A program made the position numbers and the translations under genes. A model generated the notes under the pieces. It made no database searches, had not been told where the DNA came from, and saw only the letters and a list, made by a program, of their open reading frames with translations. From Amoebophrya sp. A120 (taxonomy: Eukaryota > Protista > Dinoflagellata), in the NCBI GenBank assembly GCA_905178155.1, contig CAJINV010000001.1:481643-545642 (forward strand): a DNA stretch of 64,000 nucleotides, in the 5' to 3' direction. Shown piece by piece: positions 48,191 to 60,063 of the stretch (position 1 is the stretch's first letter; each line of letters begins with the position of its first letter).

Positions 48191-48943
48191 CGGTGAAAAG
48201 AGCCGTGTGCTGCGCAAGCAATGCTTGTTCCCGAGCGATTTCATCTCGCAACTCGTAGTTTTGCTCGTCCTTCTGCTCACTTGCCTGCGCAGAAAGAACG
48301 AAGGAGACGGAAAGAGCAAGAGGAAAAAGGTTACAACTTCTAAGCAAAAGCGACTAAAAATTTTATCAGGGCGGGCAACCTCGGTGAATTGCCATTAACA
48401 TATACGAGCATCCATTGGGTGTACAGGTAGAAGAAGTGTCATCTCGATCAATACTTTTCGTCTTGTTTTATGTCGATATTAACAAACAAGTCGTCAATAC
48501 CTAGCTACTTAGCCGGTGAGTAAGAGTCATGTTTAAGCCAAAAAGAAACAGCTGAAACCGTAAACGTAACCGCGCAACGTTGCAAAAAATAAAAAACAAT
48601 AATCTCGATCTTCTTGCGAACATGCAATGCCCGCGAACAGCAGGTTCCGACTACTTAAGATCCCTTGAGCGCCCTCGGTCTGGCAAACAAACAAGTGAAA
48701 TTTCGCGAGCCCGGCGGCATGCGCTTTCAGAAAAACAGTGCTATGGTGCGGTCCACAAAAGTGCATTGACAAGAGTCGTGGCCCCATCGAGGTTGTACAG
48801 ATGTACAAGAGTTGGATCTCCACACCACTGAAAAGAAAATGATGCATTTTTTGCGTCGTGCTTTCAATCTTCATTCCATGAACTGACAAAAATGGCATGC
48901 TCAGCCAAAGCGGGCTTCTGATCATTTTTCGCCCGCACCTTGC

Positions 48944-50977
48944 TCACACTAACCGGACTTTCCGATTTGCAACATTTGGTGGATTCCGCGGCATCCACCG
49001 AGGCGGCTGCGTGGCCCAGCGGTTCCCGCCCACGCTCGGCCGGCGGTACACCCAGGTCTTCGCCCGTTTCGGGTGCGACGGCTGGTTCTTCCGCGCGTCG
49101 CGCACGCCCACCTTCGTCAGGAGCTGTTCCGTGATCGGGTCCACCTTCGTGCGCGGTCGATCGTACAAAGCCATCCGCGATCGCTCCTGGAAGTCGTAGG
49201 GCAGGCGCCGCCCAAACTGCTGGCGGATTTGGAACCACCGGCGGTCGCCGCGGAGCTCGTTGTGCTGATCGAGGATCAAATTTACGTCGTGGGCCTTGCA
49301 GCCCGCCTTCTCCGCCAGCAGTCGTTTCGCCTCGGCGCAAAACACCAAGCGGCAGTTGGACTGCAGCTCGCGCGGCGTCATAGCCCGGAGGACCCGAATG
49401 ACCATGTCGCACTGGCGAAGGTCCATCAAAATGAAAAATCCCCCCTCGTCCCCATATGAAAATGGAAACTTCTGCTGCTGATTTGCGTACACAAATCCGA
49501 CTTGTCTTGCACTAAGGCGCTGCGGCTAGATCCGCAGCCTAGGTGGGAGCGCGCAGGCCTAGCTGTTCAGCATTGCAAACGGCTACCCTCTAGGACCAAC
49601 AGCATGCTAAATCGCTTCCACAATTGGGCGGATGCCTCTGCACTTGTCCTCTTGCAAGACAAACCTGATCTGTGGTCACAAATCAGCAACACAAATTTTC
49701 GGAAACATACCTTTTCAATATGGGGAGGGGGGATTTTTCCTCTCAGTAAGCTCCATCATCTGTTCCCGGGGCGGCAGCTCGCCGAAAAACCCCTCCTGCT
49801 TCTTCCGCTCCATATCAAATGCAAAAGTATCTGGGTCTGGAATGCTGCCGGGTTTGTCATGCATATTTTGCATAATCCGCGATGTCTGTAATGCATGGCC
49901 TAGCATCGCAGATTTTTAGTGGGCTTCCTGATGCCTATTCCGCATGACAAATGCCCTCCCCGCGTAGAACAAACTAGACTCCTCTTGCTGGTCATGCAAT
50001 ACAGATTTTTTTAGAGTCCAAAGTTAGCATCACAAGCTCCAACCTTCCAGACCCAGACATTTTTGCATTTGATACTCGAGAAACGTTTGCAACTTCGGTA
50101 ACAGTTCGCGCATCTTGAGTTGGTATTCCAAGAACCGCGCGAACGTCCAAACCTCGCCCTCCATCAACACGGCGGTGAGTTTGGAAAAAAACTCCCGCTC
50201 GTTCAGCACTGGCCCGGTCGGGTTCACCTTGTCCCACGCCTCGCTTGCTTTCTCCGAGATCTGCTCCACGAGAAGGCTCTGCTGGTTCAGCGCGGTTTTC
50301 GTGGCCGCGGACACGCGGGCGAGGAGACCGGGAGTGGTAGTGGGACTGCTGGTGCTCGTGGTTCTCGATTCTGGGTCCACTTCGCCTAGCGATGAGCTTT
50401 CTTTCAAGCGTGATAAATTTTCCGCGCTTGTCTCCCTGGTTTTGTTCGCAGTTGTTGTACCGAAATCGAAAACACTTTCGTCTTCGAAAATGCTTCGCTG
50501 CGACTGCCCCGCCGAGCCAGCTTGTTCACTTCTTTCTGCAATCGCGCCCATTGATGATATATTCGAGTGAGTAGTAGCGCATTGGCGAGTGTATTCTGCC
50601 CTCTCTGCTGCGGACGGGATGTTCCTGAGCTCCGTGGGATCCGGAACGAATGGTGGGAAAATGCGGTCAGAAGACACCTTCGGATAGGAGAGCGACTGCC
50701 TTGTTTCACGCTGGTTTAAGGAACTATGTTCGGTCGAGGCAGCTGGGAAACCATGGATGTGCGCGCGCGGGTCGGTGCAAGCCATCACGTTCACGCCAAG
50801 CGACACACCAACGGCGCGGGGCCGGTTCGCCGCGGACAGGATGCTGCTCCGCTGTCTCGGGCGCGGGATATTGCAAATGCCGCGATGGACGGTGCGTGAG
50901 CTGGAACTAGAGCAATGAACGCAAGAAGTGGCCTTAGTGACCGCTGGCGCTTTTATGGCCATCATGTTTCGCTGCAT
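48944..50977 (-). CDS. Protein with an SRP54/Ffh M (signal-peptide-binding)-like domain but no NG GTPase, about 478 aa; MAP67-like candidate
   Basis: GEVWTFARFLEYQLKM and VIRVLRAMTPRELQS..AEAKRLLAEKAGCKAHDVNLILDQHNEL resemble the M domain; spliced length 1437 nt after removing two introners; R/S-rich N-terminus. Confidence 0.65.
49424..49748. mobile_element. Introner family D with mutated termini
   Basis: Ends CATC... and ...AGTA; DR AGGTC/AGCTC; removal gives EQMMELRQCDMV. Confidence 0.85.
49813..50074. mobile_element. Introner family A
   Basis: Family A TIRs; DR CTCCA/CTCGA. Confidence 0.9.
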
Positions 50978-53607
50978 CAGCGCTTTATTTAGCTGGAAAA
51001 GAAGTTGACAGCGATAAAATTGAGTGCGTCTACCCGACCAACGAACTGAAGTCAGCCGGCCCCAAATGGACAAACAGACGACCAGGGTCGCGGGGGCTAC
51101 TTCTTCTGGTCCCACGGTCCCTCAATTCGAACACCAAATCCAACCGCCCAAGAAAAGTATGCGAACAGGTGTGGTCGCGCGAAGTCATGCTTCCACAGTT
51201 TCTTCTTTCTACCCCTTGTTCTAGCCTGGAAATATTATGGCGGCGGCAACATAACACAACACGCAAAGCGCAGTGCCGCGCCTCAGTCTGTGAGCGGCTT
51301 CGGCGCTGCCCCTGTGGGTGCTGATGATGGTGCGTAGCTTTCCCGTGATCGCGCAGACCCTGCGGGGGGCCGTAGCTGGCGCCCCTTCTTCGGTCCGCCC
51401 ATTATTCTGCGACCGGCAGCCCGCCAAGCATCCGCGGGGCCTTGTACTTGGGGCGCCCCCATTGCGGGCTGGGGCCTCCTTTCCCGGGGCCGAGCTGCGC
51501 CCGCTCGCCCCCCCCCCCGAAAGGCTGGCACGCAGCAATGCGGGCGCGCGGCCGGCATCTACACACAAGCGAGCGCGGCGAATGCGCGGGGATCGCCAGC
51601 CGGCGGGGCGGAGCCCGGGGGCGCACCGCGGCAGGCAAGCGCGGCAGAAATAACGCACCACGATGGCCCCAGTCTCGTCTGCGTCAGGCGGCCAGGCCAA
51701 GCACGTCGCTGCCGGCATTCCTTTTGGGGTGGTGGAGCGGCAGCACGCTCATGCGCGCCACCAACTGACCGGCGCAAATTCCAAGTTTCCGTGGCGGCAA
51801 TTTGACTCCCGCAAGCGTCGACGGTAGGCTGGGTCTGCACGGTGGCGGTGGGCTGGGTCTGCGCAGTGCTTGGCAGCCAGCAAAGAAACTGCCGGCGCGG
51901 CGCTTCCCGCTGCTTGCCAGTCTGTCTCTGGCCGGGCCGCCGACTTGCTTAACTTCCCCAGCCGTTCTACTAAGGCCCGCCGGCGATGAAGCTTTGGAAG
52001 CACTCAACAGCACGCCCGTGCGCTCCAGGGCGCAGCAGTATAGACGCCGCCCCCCCCCCGCCCAATGGGCGGAACAGCGAAGCGGCGGCCGACTGCTCCT
52101 CCCCGCCCTACCCACCCAAGGCACGCGTAGGGGGGCGGCGCTAGCGATGGCCACACTTCGGCGCGCCCACAATCCGGCCGGGTTGCAGGCTTCCAACGCC
52201 ATCCAAGACCCAGCGCCCGGCGGCGGTGGGAGAACGGACAGCCGTCCGCCCCCCCCCGCCCCCGGCAGCGTAAAGCGAGAAGGGCCCCAGAAAAGCAGGC
52301 GCCGGCCATTCGTATTTGGGTGGCTGGCGGATCCCTTTGGGCCTTTACTTTGGGGGGCGCGCCCAAGTCATTAGCGTCGGCGGTATCTCACGCGACGCCC
52401 TACCCCCATTCGGTAGTGCATGGCTGGCCGCCTTCTGTCGGGGCCGGGGGCCGCACGCCTGCGTCGGCCATGAGACAGCGAACCGATCGGCGGGCGCCCC
52501 TAAAACACTGGCCGCCCTGGGCGGTTTTCAGTTGCGGCCGGTGCCGCTCTGCACTTCACCACACTAGGCGGGCCGCCGATCCACGCCCCGGGCCCACCGC
52601 AAGAGGGCTGCCGCGGGTGCTGGCGGCAGGCGCCAAAGCTGGAAGGCAACCCCGCGCGGGCTTTCCCGCCTTGTGCTGCCGGGCCAGGAAGAACGTCGCG
52701 GCCATTGCTGCTCGCACGCGGCCGCGTCGCGCGTGGGCCTTTCGAAGATTTCGGCCATCACGGGGAAGGGCATGACGCTGCACAGCTCGGGCGCCTCATG
52801 CGCTAGCTGGTGACTGCACAGCAGCGCGCGCAGTTGTTCACCCTCCCAGCAGTTCCGTTCGGGCGGACACGTAGCGCCAATCGCTTGCAACTAGTGCGGG
52901 CCAAGCTCGTCGCAGGAAGGCAGCAGAGACAGCGCGCGACGCTCGACCGCGTCGCCTATGGGGAGCGATTCCCCCCCTCACTCTCCCTACTTCTTTCCGC
53001 CCCAGCTTCTCGATGTCTGGCGCCTGCTGGATAGGCAAAGGGGCGCCGCCGCATTTTTTAAGCGCGCGGCCGCTCCCGGCGGCTGGCGCGCCCCCCCCCC
53101 GGGGGGGCATTGCTGGGGCATTTCGCACCCTGGCGAAGCCATGCGCCCCCGTCGGCAAGGGCCTGCCTCGGCGCCACTGTCGGCCACGCCGCTACACACT
53201 GAAAAAGAACAAGACGGCGAAAATTTGAGGGCCGCGAGCTGCGACTTCTATCAACGTCACCCGTTGATGAACACCTGATCCAGAAAAAGCTCCCGGCAAA
53301 GTTGAACAGAAAGCATAAGGCAAAATCTTATCTACAGACCGCCGCTGTTTCAGATCTCGGCAATTTTCTCCGTGCCTGCTGTTTCCATTTGTTTTTTGCT
53401 TGAAGCAATCCATCCTTCTTAGTGGACAGCTTTCTGCGTTGTGATTAGAACGTCGATATTAGATGCAGTGTTGTAATATTCGGCCAAGAATGTTGAGCCT
53501 CTTTGTGATTGTAGTATTTGTGTGCGTATCCCCAGTACAAGATTCTAAGTACATTCAAAAAAACCCTTCCCACCAGGACAATTTCCTCCCATCAAATTGA
53601 AATCTCA

Positions 53608-56600
53608 TTATTTCCCTGGATCGTTGGCGTTCTGCGCCGCGATCTTGTTTTGCAACAGTGTGCACACCGCCTTGCTGAGCTTCGAGTTGTTGCTCCGGCA
53701 CGCAACCCGGGCCTTTCCCCGGAACGCCCCAGACCCGATTTCCACGCGGCAAACCAGGAGATTGAGCACGGTATCGCTGGAAAACTTCGCCGCCAACACC
53801 AGATTGTCAGGGTTTGAATCCACGCCGGGGAGTAGCTTTAGCACGTCGCCCAAGCAAACCGCCTTAGCCAACGGGGCCAGCGAGGAGCTTTCTTGGAACC
53901 TGACATAATTATTGCAGAGATCTTCAATAAAAGTGATGCATCTCTTAATCTGCGTAAGTACGACTGGTGTTCAAGAGCAAAAAAAACAACCCGTTCTGTA
54001 AAAACGAGCTAAAACAGCTATACTTTGCAGCTATATCCACAACTGCACACTCCTCATTCACCGTGTAGTCGTGATCGCGCCAAACCCCGAAGAAATCCAT
54101 TGCGCTCAACTCCAGCGGATCAAGGAACTTGTCGATGCTGAGGGGCAGGCGGACTTGTATTCTCCGTGGCGAATTATCAGAAAGCAGAAAGGATAATCGC
54201 AGTATCGGCGCTTCCAAATACGGTCCGACGCACGTTGCCGTCACGCGCTGCGAATGCTGCGTGCCCGCTTCTATCTGTCCAGGTGGGAGGTATTTCTATT
54301 TTTAGAAACCGGACACATTTGTCGCCGTCGCTTCATGTAAAAAATGTAAATCTCGACCTCAAGCAAAACGCTTTGATAAACTCTTTGCCCGTGGCCTTAT
54401 GTAACAATATCAACACTTGAGAAAAAGCACTGAAATCTTCTTTACCATGGCCGGCGCGGTTGTCATGGAAAGCCGTAGCAGTGTGTCCTCCTTTATCGCA
54501 TACTCCGTCTGAAAATTGTGAAAACTTATCTTCGCACTCTTGTTTCCGAAGAACAGCGCCAACTCGCCGTCGAGATCACGGTAACGGCTCTTGATACCTT
54601 GTCACATTACCATTGACATACCCATTTTGTTGCTGACGCAAGACAAACGTAGTACATACCACGTATTTTTAACAAGGACGAAGTTCGACATCGCCTCCAT
54701 CCACGCTGCTACATGAGAATGCACTTCAAACGTCTCCCGGATAATCATAAGGCAGAAACGCGATACCAATCTGCATCAGATCGTCCTCGTAGAGCACCGC
54801 GTCGTCAAACATTGTCCTGCCCAAGCTTCCAACGGACGTGTCCAAGGCTAGGCGAGCTCTGCAAAGTGTTTTGGTTCTTTGCATAATTATAAGGTAATAA
54901 CAATATTTTATCAATTTCAATCTATCGCGGAAAAATATCGGATAATTACGCAACGACTCCATTTCCAAACACACCAAATAAATCATTCGTACGATGGCGA
55001 CGCCACGAGATTGGGGTTTCTTGACGGTGACGCGGGGAGCCACCCCTTCAACTGCTGACTAGCGGGAACCGAACCAGCCCCGATGCTGCGCGCGTAACCA
55101 CCGGGTGAAGAGGACCCTCCGGGTGCCCCGGCGCCCCCGCCGCCGAACTCCGAGCCGCGCGAGTTATTATTTCCGAAGATGTGTTTCAGCTGTCGGAGCT
55201 CCTGACTCGCCTCGTTGTACATAATGGACAGTTGCGACAGATTTTTCTCCAGCTCGTTTATCTTCTTTTCCGCGCGCTCGAGGCTCTCCCCGAGCTTCGC
55301 CGCCCGGCTGCTCTCCGCGAGCCACATTTCTTTCGCGTGGGTGCTGATGTTCTCCCGCTCCCGGAGCAGCATCTCCAAACGCTGAATCTGGTATTAAATT
55401 TGAATGAGGAATGGCTTATATTGGATTTCTTTTTTTCAATCAACAACCACATGGCGCAGCATGATAGAGAAGATAAAATTGAAAAACATAAACTAACAGG
55501 TAACGATGAAATGAAATAAAATCAAAAAAATACATTAAAATTATATCTAACAAGTAACTCTTGCCTGTGCTTCTCCTGCAGTTCGAGTTCGTCGGGGGGG
55601 GGGGACCCCGGGGTCCNNNNNNNNNNNNNNNNNNNNNNNNNNNNNNNNNNNNNNNNNNNNNNNNNNNNNNNNNNNNNNNNNNNNNNNNNNNNNNNNNNNN
55701 NNNNNCCTCAATGTTTCTGCTTCCGCTTTTCTCTCTACCTCCCTGCCCTGGCATGCCCGTCTTTTTTCGCATTTCCCCCCGTTTCCCCCCTGCTGCTCAC
55801 CCCTCTTTAAAGCGTTTTCCCCTGTTTCCACCTCTTTGCCCCTCTTCTCCCTTTCCTTTTCGCCCTTTGCTGCTGTCTCTCCTTCGCTTTGGCACCGCCT
55901 TCCCGGCTCCCCCCCTCCTTCGACCTTGCTGCCCTTCCCCCCCCCTCTTTCCGGCTCCCACCCTCTTTTCTGCGTCCCCCCTCCCCCGCTCGCTCCCTTC
56001 CCCTTTCCCTCCTTTCCCACTCCCCTCCTTCCCCTGCTCTAGAGTCTGTGGCCCTTGCTACAGCAAGCGGCACGGCTGCGATCGTGTACAAATACTGCGG
56101 TCACACGGATAACAGCTAGTGCTTTATATATATTGGATTTTTTTTCCTGCAATTACCACAGGGCGCAGCATGATAGTGTGAGAGATAAAGTTCAACATGG
56201 CGCAAGCTTCTTCGGTACAACTGTAAGAGCTACCAAGGTGAGCCAGGAACTGCTCTCGAAATGAAATAAAATCAAAAAAAAAGTCTTATCAAAATTATAC
56301 CTATTGTCTGTGCTTCTCCTGCAGTTCGAGGAGCCACTTCAGCAACCTTCGCACCTCTTTCGTCCTATATTTCTGCATGATAAATTTCCAGATTTGAAAA
56401 CTTGTCATGCAGAAATGATTTCCAAATTTGGAAACTTGCCAAGCAGAAATGAAGGGCACAGGAGGCCAAAGCTGTTGAGTTGGCCACTTCGACTTTTCCC
56501 CCATCGGAGTTAGGAAAGTTGAGTTGGCCGCTTCATCGTCAACAGTTTGCCGCTCATTTCTGCGTTGCAAATTGCCAACCATGGTGGCAATTTTTGCACG

Positions 56601-59600
56601 CAGAAACGAAGGACAAAGGTTTTTCCTTCGTTTCTGCATTTGTAACGCAGGAATGCAGGAGGAGGAAACATAACAGGGGCCACGTCAACTTTCTTTAGAT
56701 GAGAGACAGTTGAAATGGCCACTGCAACGGCTTCCTTCGTGCTTCTTTTGTCCCTCATTTCTGCACCACAAGTTTCCAACTTTGGAAAATTGTAACGCAG
56801 AAGTGAAGGACAAGGACCACTAGGACAACAGAGAGTCAAAGTAGTTGAAGTGGCGGCCGTCTCAACGTTCCTCCGATGGAGGAAAGTTGAAAGAGCCACG
56901 TCAACAGTTTGTCCTTCGTTGGTTTCTGCATTGGCATTACACATTGCCAATCATGGCTGCCCCCCGGCCACATGACCGCAGGCCTGCGCTCGCTGGCGGG
57001 CGGGCCCGCGGCCGCGCGTGGTCGCGGAGGCGATCGGCGATTGATGGAGGGACGCGGAGACGGGGTGGCGGATCGGCGACCGGTGATGGAGGAGAGCGAC
57101 GGCGATAGGACGGCTCGGCGCAAGTTGTTGCCGGTTTGAGTAATGCCCAAAAAGCATGGATGCATCCCCCCCCTCCCCCCCATTACCTGAGTAATGCTCC
57201 GACTTTTGTTGGACAAGATCCAAAAAAAAGACACCCAAATTATACCTAACAAGTACCTCTTGCCTGTGCTTCTCCTGCAGTTCGAGGATTTCCTCGACCA
57301 GAGGGCAGAGCATGATAGAAAGATCGAGATAAAAACAAGTGACGACGAAACGAATAAAATGAATGACGTGTGCGCTTCTCAAGGTGAGCGGTAAAAGCCT
57401 CCCACATACTGGAATGTAAGTCCAGAAGGTAAATGTTTCTGCAGTAGTGGAAAAACCACTCCTACACCCCCAGTGACGTTTCACCGCCCGCTTTAGCAGT
57501 GCCCGGCCACCAGGGGGGAGTTTGCCGTTGGCGTCGCCTCTTGCCGCTGGCATTCAAGGACAAGCGCCACTACCTCCTCATCCATGGCACTAGTCCTAAC
57601 CCCCGACCCAACCACCCAGCAGCCCCTTCGCCTCCGGTGGCTACCAGGTGTCGAACTGGATTACAAAACAACTGGCCGAAGCCTGACCACAAAGCGCAAG
57701 CGCTTTGTGGTCAGGACGCCGCAACCGAAGCCTGACCACAAAGCGCAAAGCGCAAGCGCTTTGTGGATTACAAAACGAATAAAATCAAAATAAGAACCCT
57801 AAACTAAACCCTTTTAAACCCTGGAACCCTCTGCGGCGGCTGGGTCGACGGAGGGAAGCAGTCACGACGGCATGCTGGTGGAGAATCCGGGTGCGCGTAA
57901 CATGTGATGGTCCTAAATTGGGGTGGTTTACCACCTGCCTAATTCTAAACCAAAAACCCGATCCCCGAAAGAAAAAACTGCTTGGTGCCAGTAGGGCCCG
58001 AGGAAAAAGGAAGGCGCAACAGAGAAAGCGAACTATGAAGCCGTTTGTAAAAAAGCGCTATCAAAAAGCCATTGCTCTGATCCTTCAGGGCGTGCACTCC
58101 CGTCTGGTTCTAAAGCTTCAGCAGTGCTGAGAGTACTCCGACCCTAAACCTCAAGACTGAAGTCAAGAGATCTACGTACGTATGCGCACGAGCAAGGCAG
58201 GAATAGCGTCTGATGTGGACGCATTCCTAACAAAACGAATAAAATGAAATTAGAAATAAAAATCAAAATTATACCTAACAAGTACCTCTTGCCTGTGCTT
58301 CTCCTGCAGTTCGAGGATTTCCTCTCTCCGTTTCCCGAAGAGGTGCGAGAAGTGAAAACTAACCGACCTCTCACTCTCTCCCTCGAAGGAAGCTGCATGC
58401 TTGGGAAACGGAGTGAAAAGTCATGGCGCTGTCATTCCGTTTCTCGAAGCGCTTCGAGACATGGAGGGAAAACTCAGCGGGTTTTCTTTCACCCCTTTTT
58501 CCGAAAAATCGCGAGAATAACATGGAAGCTCGCTGACTTTTCACTTCGGGCCAAAACTCCGCGAGCCTTCCCTCCGTTTCTCGAAGAGCTTCAAGCTCCC
58601 GAAGACCTTCGAAGGCCTGAAGTGCAAGTCAACGACTTTCCGCCTTCCCAAAGATATGACAGCCGGTGACCAGATCCTGCGGCTCTTCAAGCCCTTCGGG
58701 CTCCCACACACCTTTCCCAAGCACCTTCTTCGGGAGCCCAAACGGTCGGCGGGGCTTTTCACTTTTCCCGAAGGAGTGCGGAACGTCGCTAACTTTCCAC
58801 TTTGCCTGCTACCTTAAGGCGGGCACGTATTGACCCGCGCGCCCCCCCACCACTGCTTGCGGGCGAGTTCATTCTCGCGCCCCATCCCTCGAAAGCCTTC
58901 GGAAAAGAATTTCGGCTATCAAGTCTATCAGGGGGCCGCGGCACTGTTGCGACGCGCGGCGCAAGAGAACTGCAGCGGCATTTTGGACGGGGCGAAGGCT
59001 GTGAGCTCTGAAGCTGAAAAGCCGCAACTTTCGTACCCCTAGTAGAGAGAATGAGAAAGGAGAAAAAGAAAAGAAACCAAACAACCTAAGTAAGTTATTT
59101 CCTTGTATAGATATAAACAAAAGAGATAGGACGAATACAAGACGAAACCACAAACGAGAACGAAAGCGGACCCGAACCGCGGCGGTCTGGCGCTTTCATG
59201 TGTTAAAACGAGCCGGACGAGTCTGAAAAAAAACCGAGTCCAAAAAAAAAGTCTTATCAAAATTATACCTAACAAGTACCTCTTGCCTGTGCTTCTCCTG
59301 CAGTTCGAGGATTTCCTTTGCGGGTACATCGCTCTGGGGCAACGCGGGCTTTGGTGCGGCAATCGGGATTTTTGAGGGTTGGGATAATTCCTGCGCCGCA
59401 TCTTCGGAGTAAAGCACGGCCTGCGTGCAGTACTGCCCAAATTCGCTGCGGCGGAGGGTTGAGACTGTGTTTATGGAGTGAAATTTTCATTGATTCAAGA
59501 CGGAAAGACCCAGCACTCGTCCCGTCGTTGCTACTGTTCTTTTCAAACACGCTGACTACAGGTTCTTGTTGCACCATGATCATGAAAAAGGGTCCATCGT

Positions 59601-60063
59601 ATCAAGATCGATGATATACAAGGGTCCGCTAACTGCTGCTGCAAAGTCGCGAAGACCTCCTGCGGTGTTCGGCCGTCGCCGGGCTCGATGTTGAATTCAA
59701 TCTCCACCGCCTATCAAGAGGAAAAGTCCCCCCTCCCCATATCGAAAAGGAAATCTGTGATGCTGGATTTGCGTATACAAATCAGATTTGTGTTGCAATA
59801 GAGGACTACAAGCAGATCGCCAGCCTAGATAGGCGCCTTTTGGTGTAGGCGCCTAGTATGGTAGACGGCTGCCCTGTAGTCCTTACAGCATTACAAATCG
59901 CCTGCGTAGTGTGGCAGAGAGCCTGGATTTGCCTTCTCGCAAGACAGACAGGATTTGGGGTCACAAATCTGCATCACAAATTTTCAGAAGATACATTTCC
60001 AATATGGGGAGGGGGGATTTTTCCTTGCAATACCGCCTCCTCCCCACCCAGCACAGCGGCCAT
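53608..60063 (-). CDS. Coiled-coil plus alpha-adaptin appendage (ear) domain protein, KAE/KIC4-like candidate, multi-exon
   Basis: Ear motifs AVLYEDDLMQIG, RLPLSIDKFLDPLELSAMDFFGVW, LLPGVDSNPDNLVLAA. N-terminal exons MAAVLGGEEAVEIEF..QLADP and ..KHRQE|IQRLEMLLRER; no adaptin trunk. Confidence 0.7.
55537..59317. repeat. Five dispersed copies of a ~40-60-bp exon-end/donor segment
   Basis: AAATTATACCTAACAAGTACCTCTTGCCTGTGCTTCTCCTGCAGTTCGAG at about 55537, 56291 (internally deleted), 57237, 58265 and 59259. Confidence 0.92.
55617..55705. other. Assembly gap (run of N)
   Basis: Run of n characters. Confidence 1.
59712..60032. mobile_element. Introner family D
   Basis: Family D TIRs; DR CCGCC; removal gives GGEEAVEIEFNIEP. 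Confidence 0.92.

Noticed and set aside
1529-50074. Recurrent peptides CKNVWVWK, FQTQTFL, PDPDIFA and MSGSGR in many ORFs, suggesting a repeat-protein family
   Set aside because: They are different-frame translations of the family A TIR, not protein motifs.
1529-50074. CRISPR-like array of ~30-bp repeats
   Set aside because: The repeats come as inverted pairs with irregular spacing, the intervening DNA is exonic, there are no cas genes, and the context is eukaryotic.
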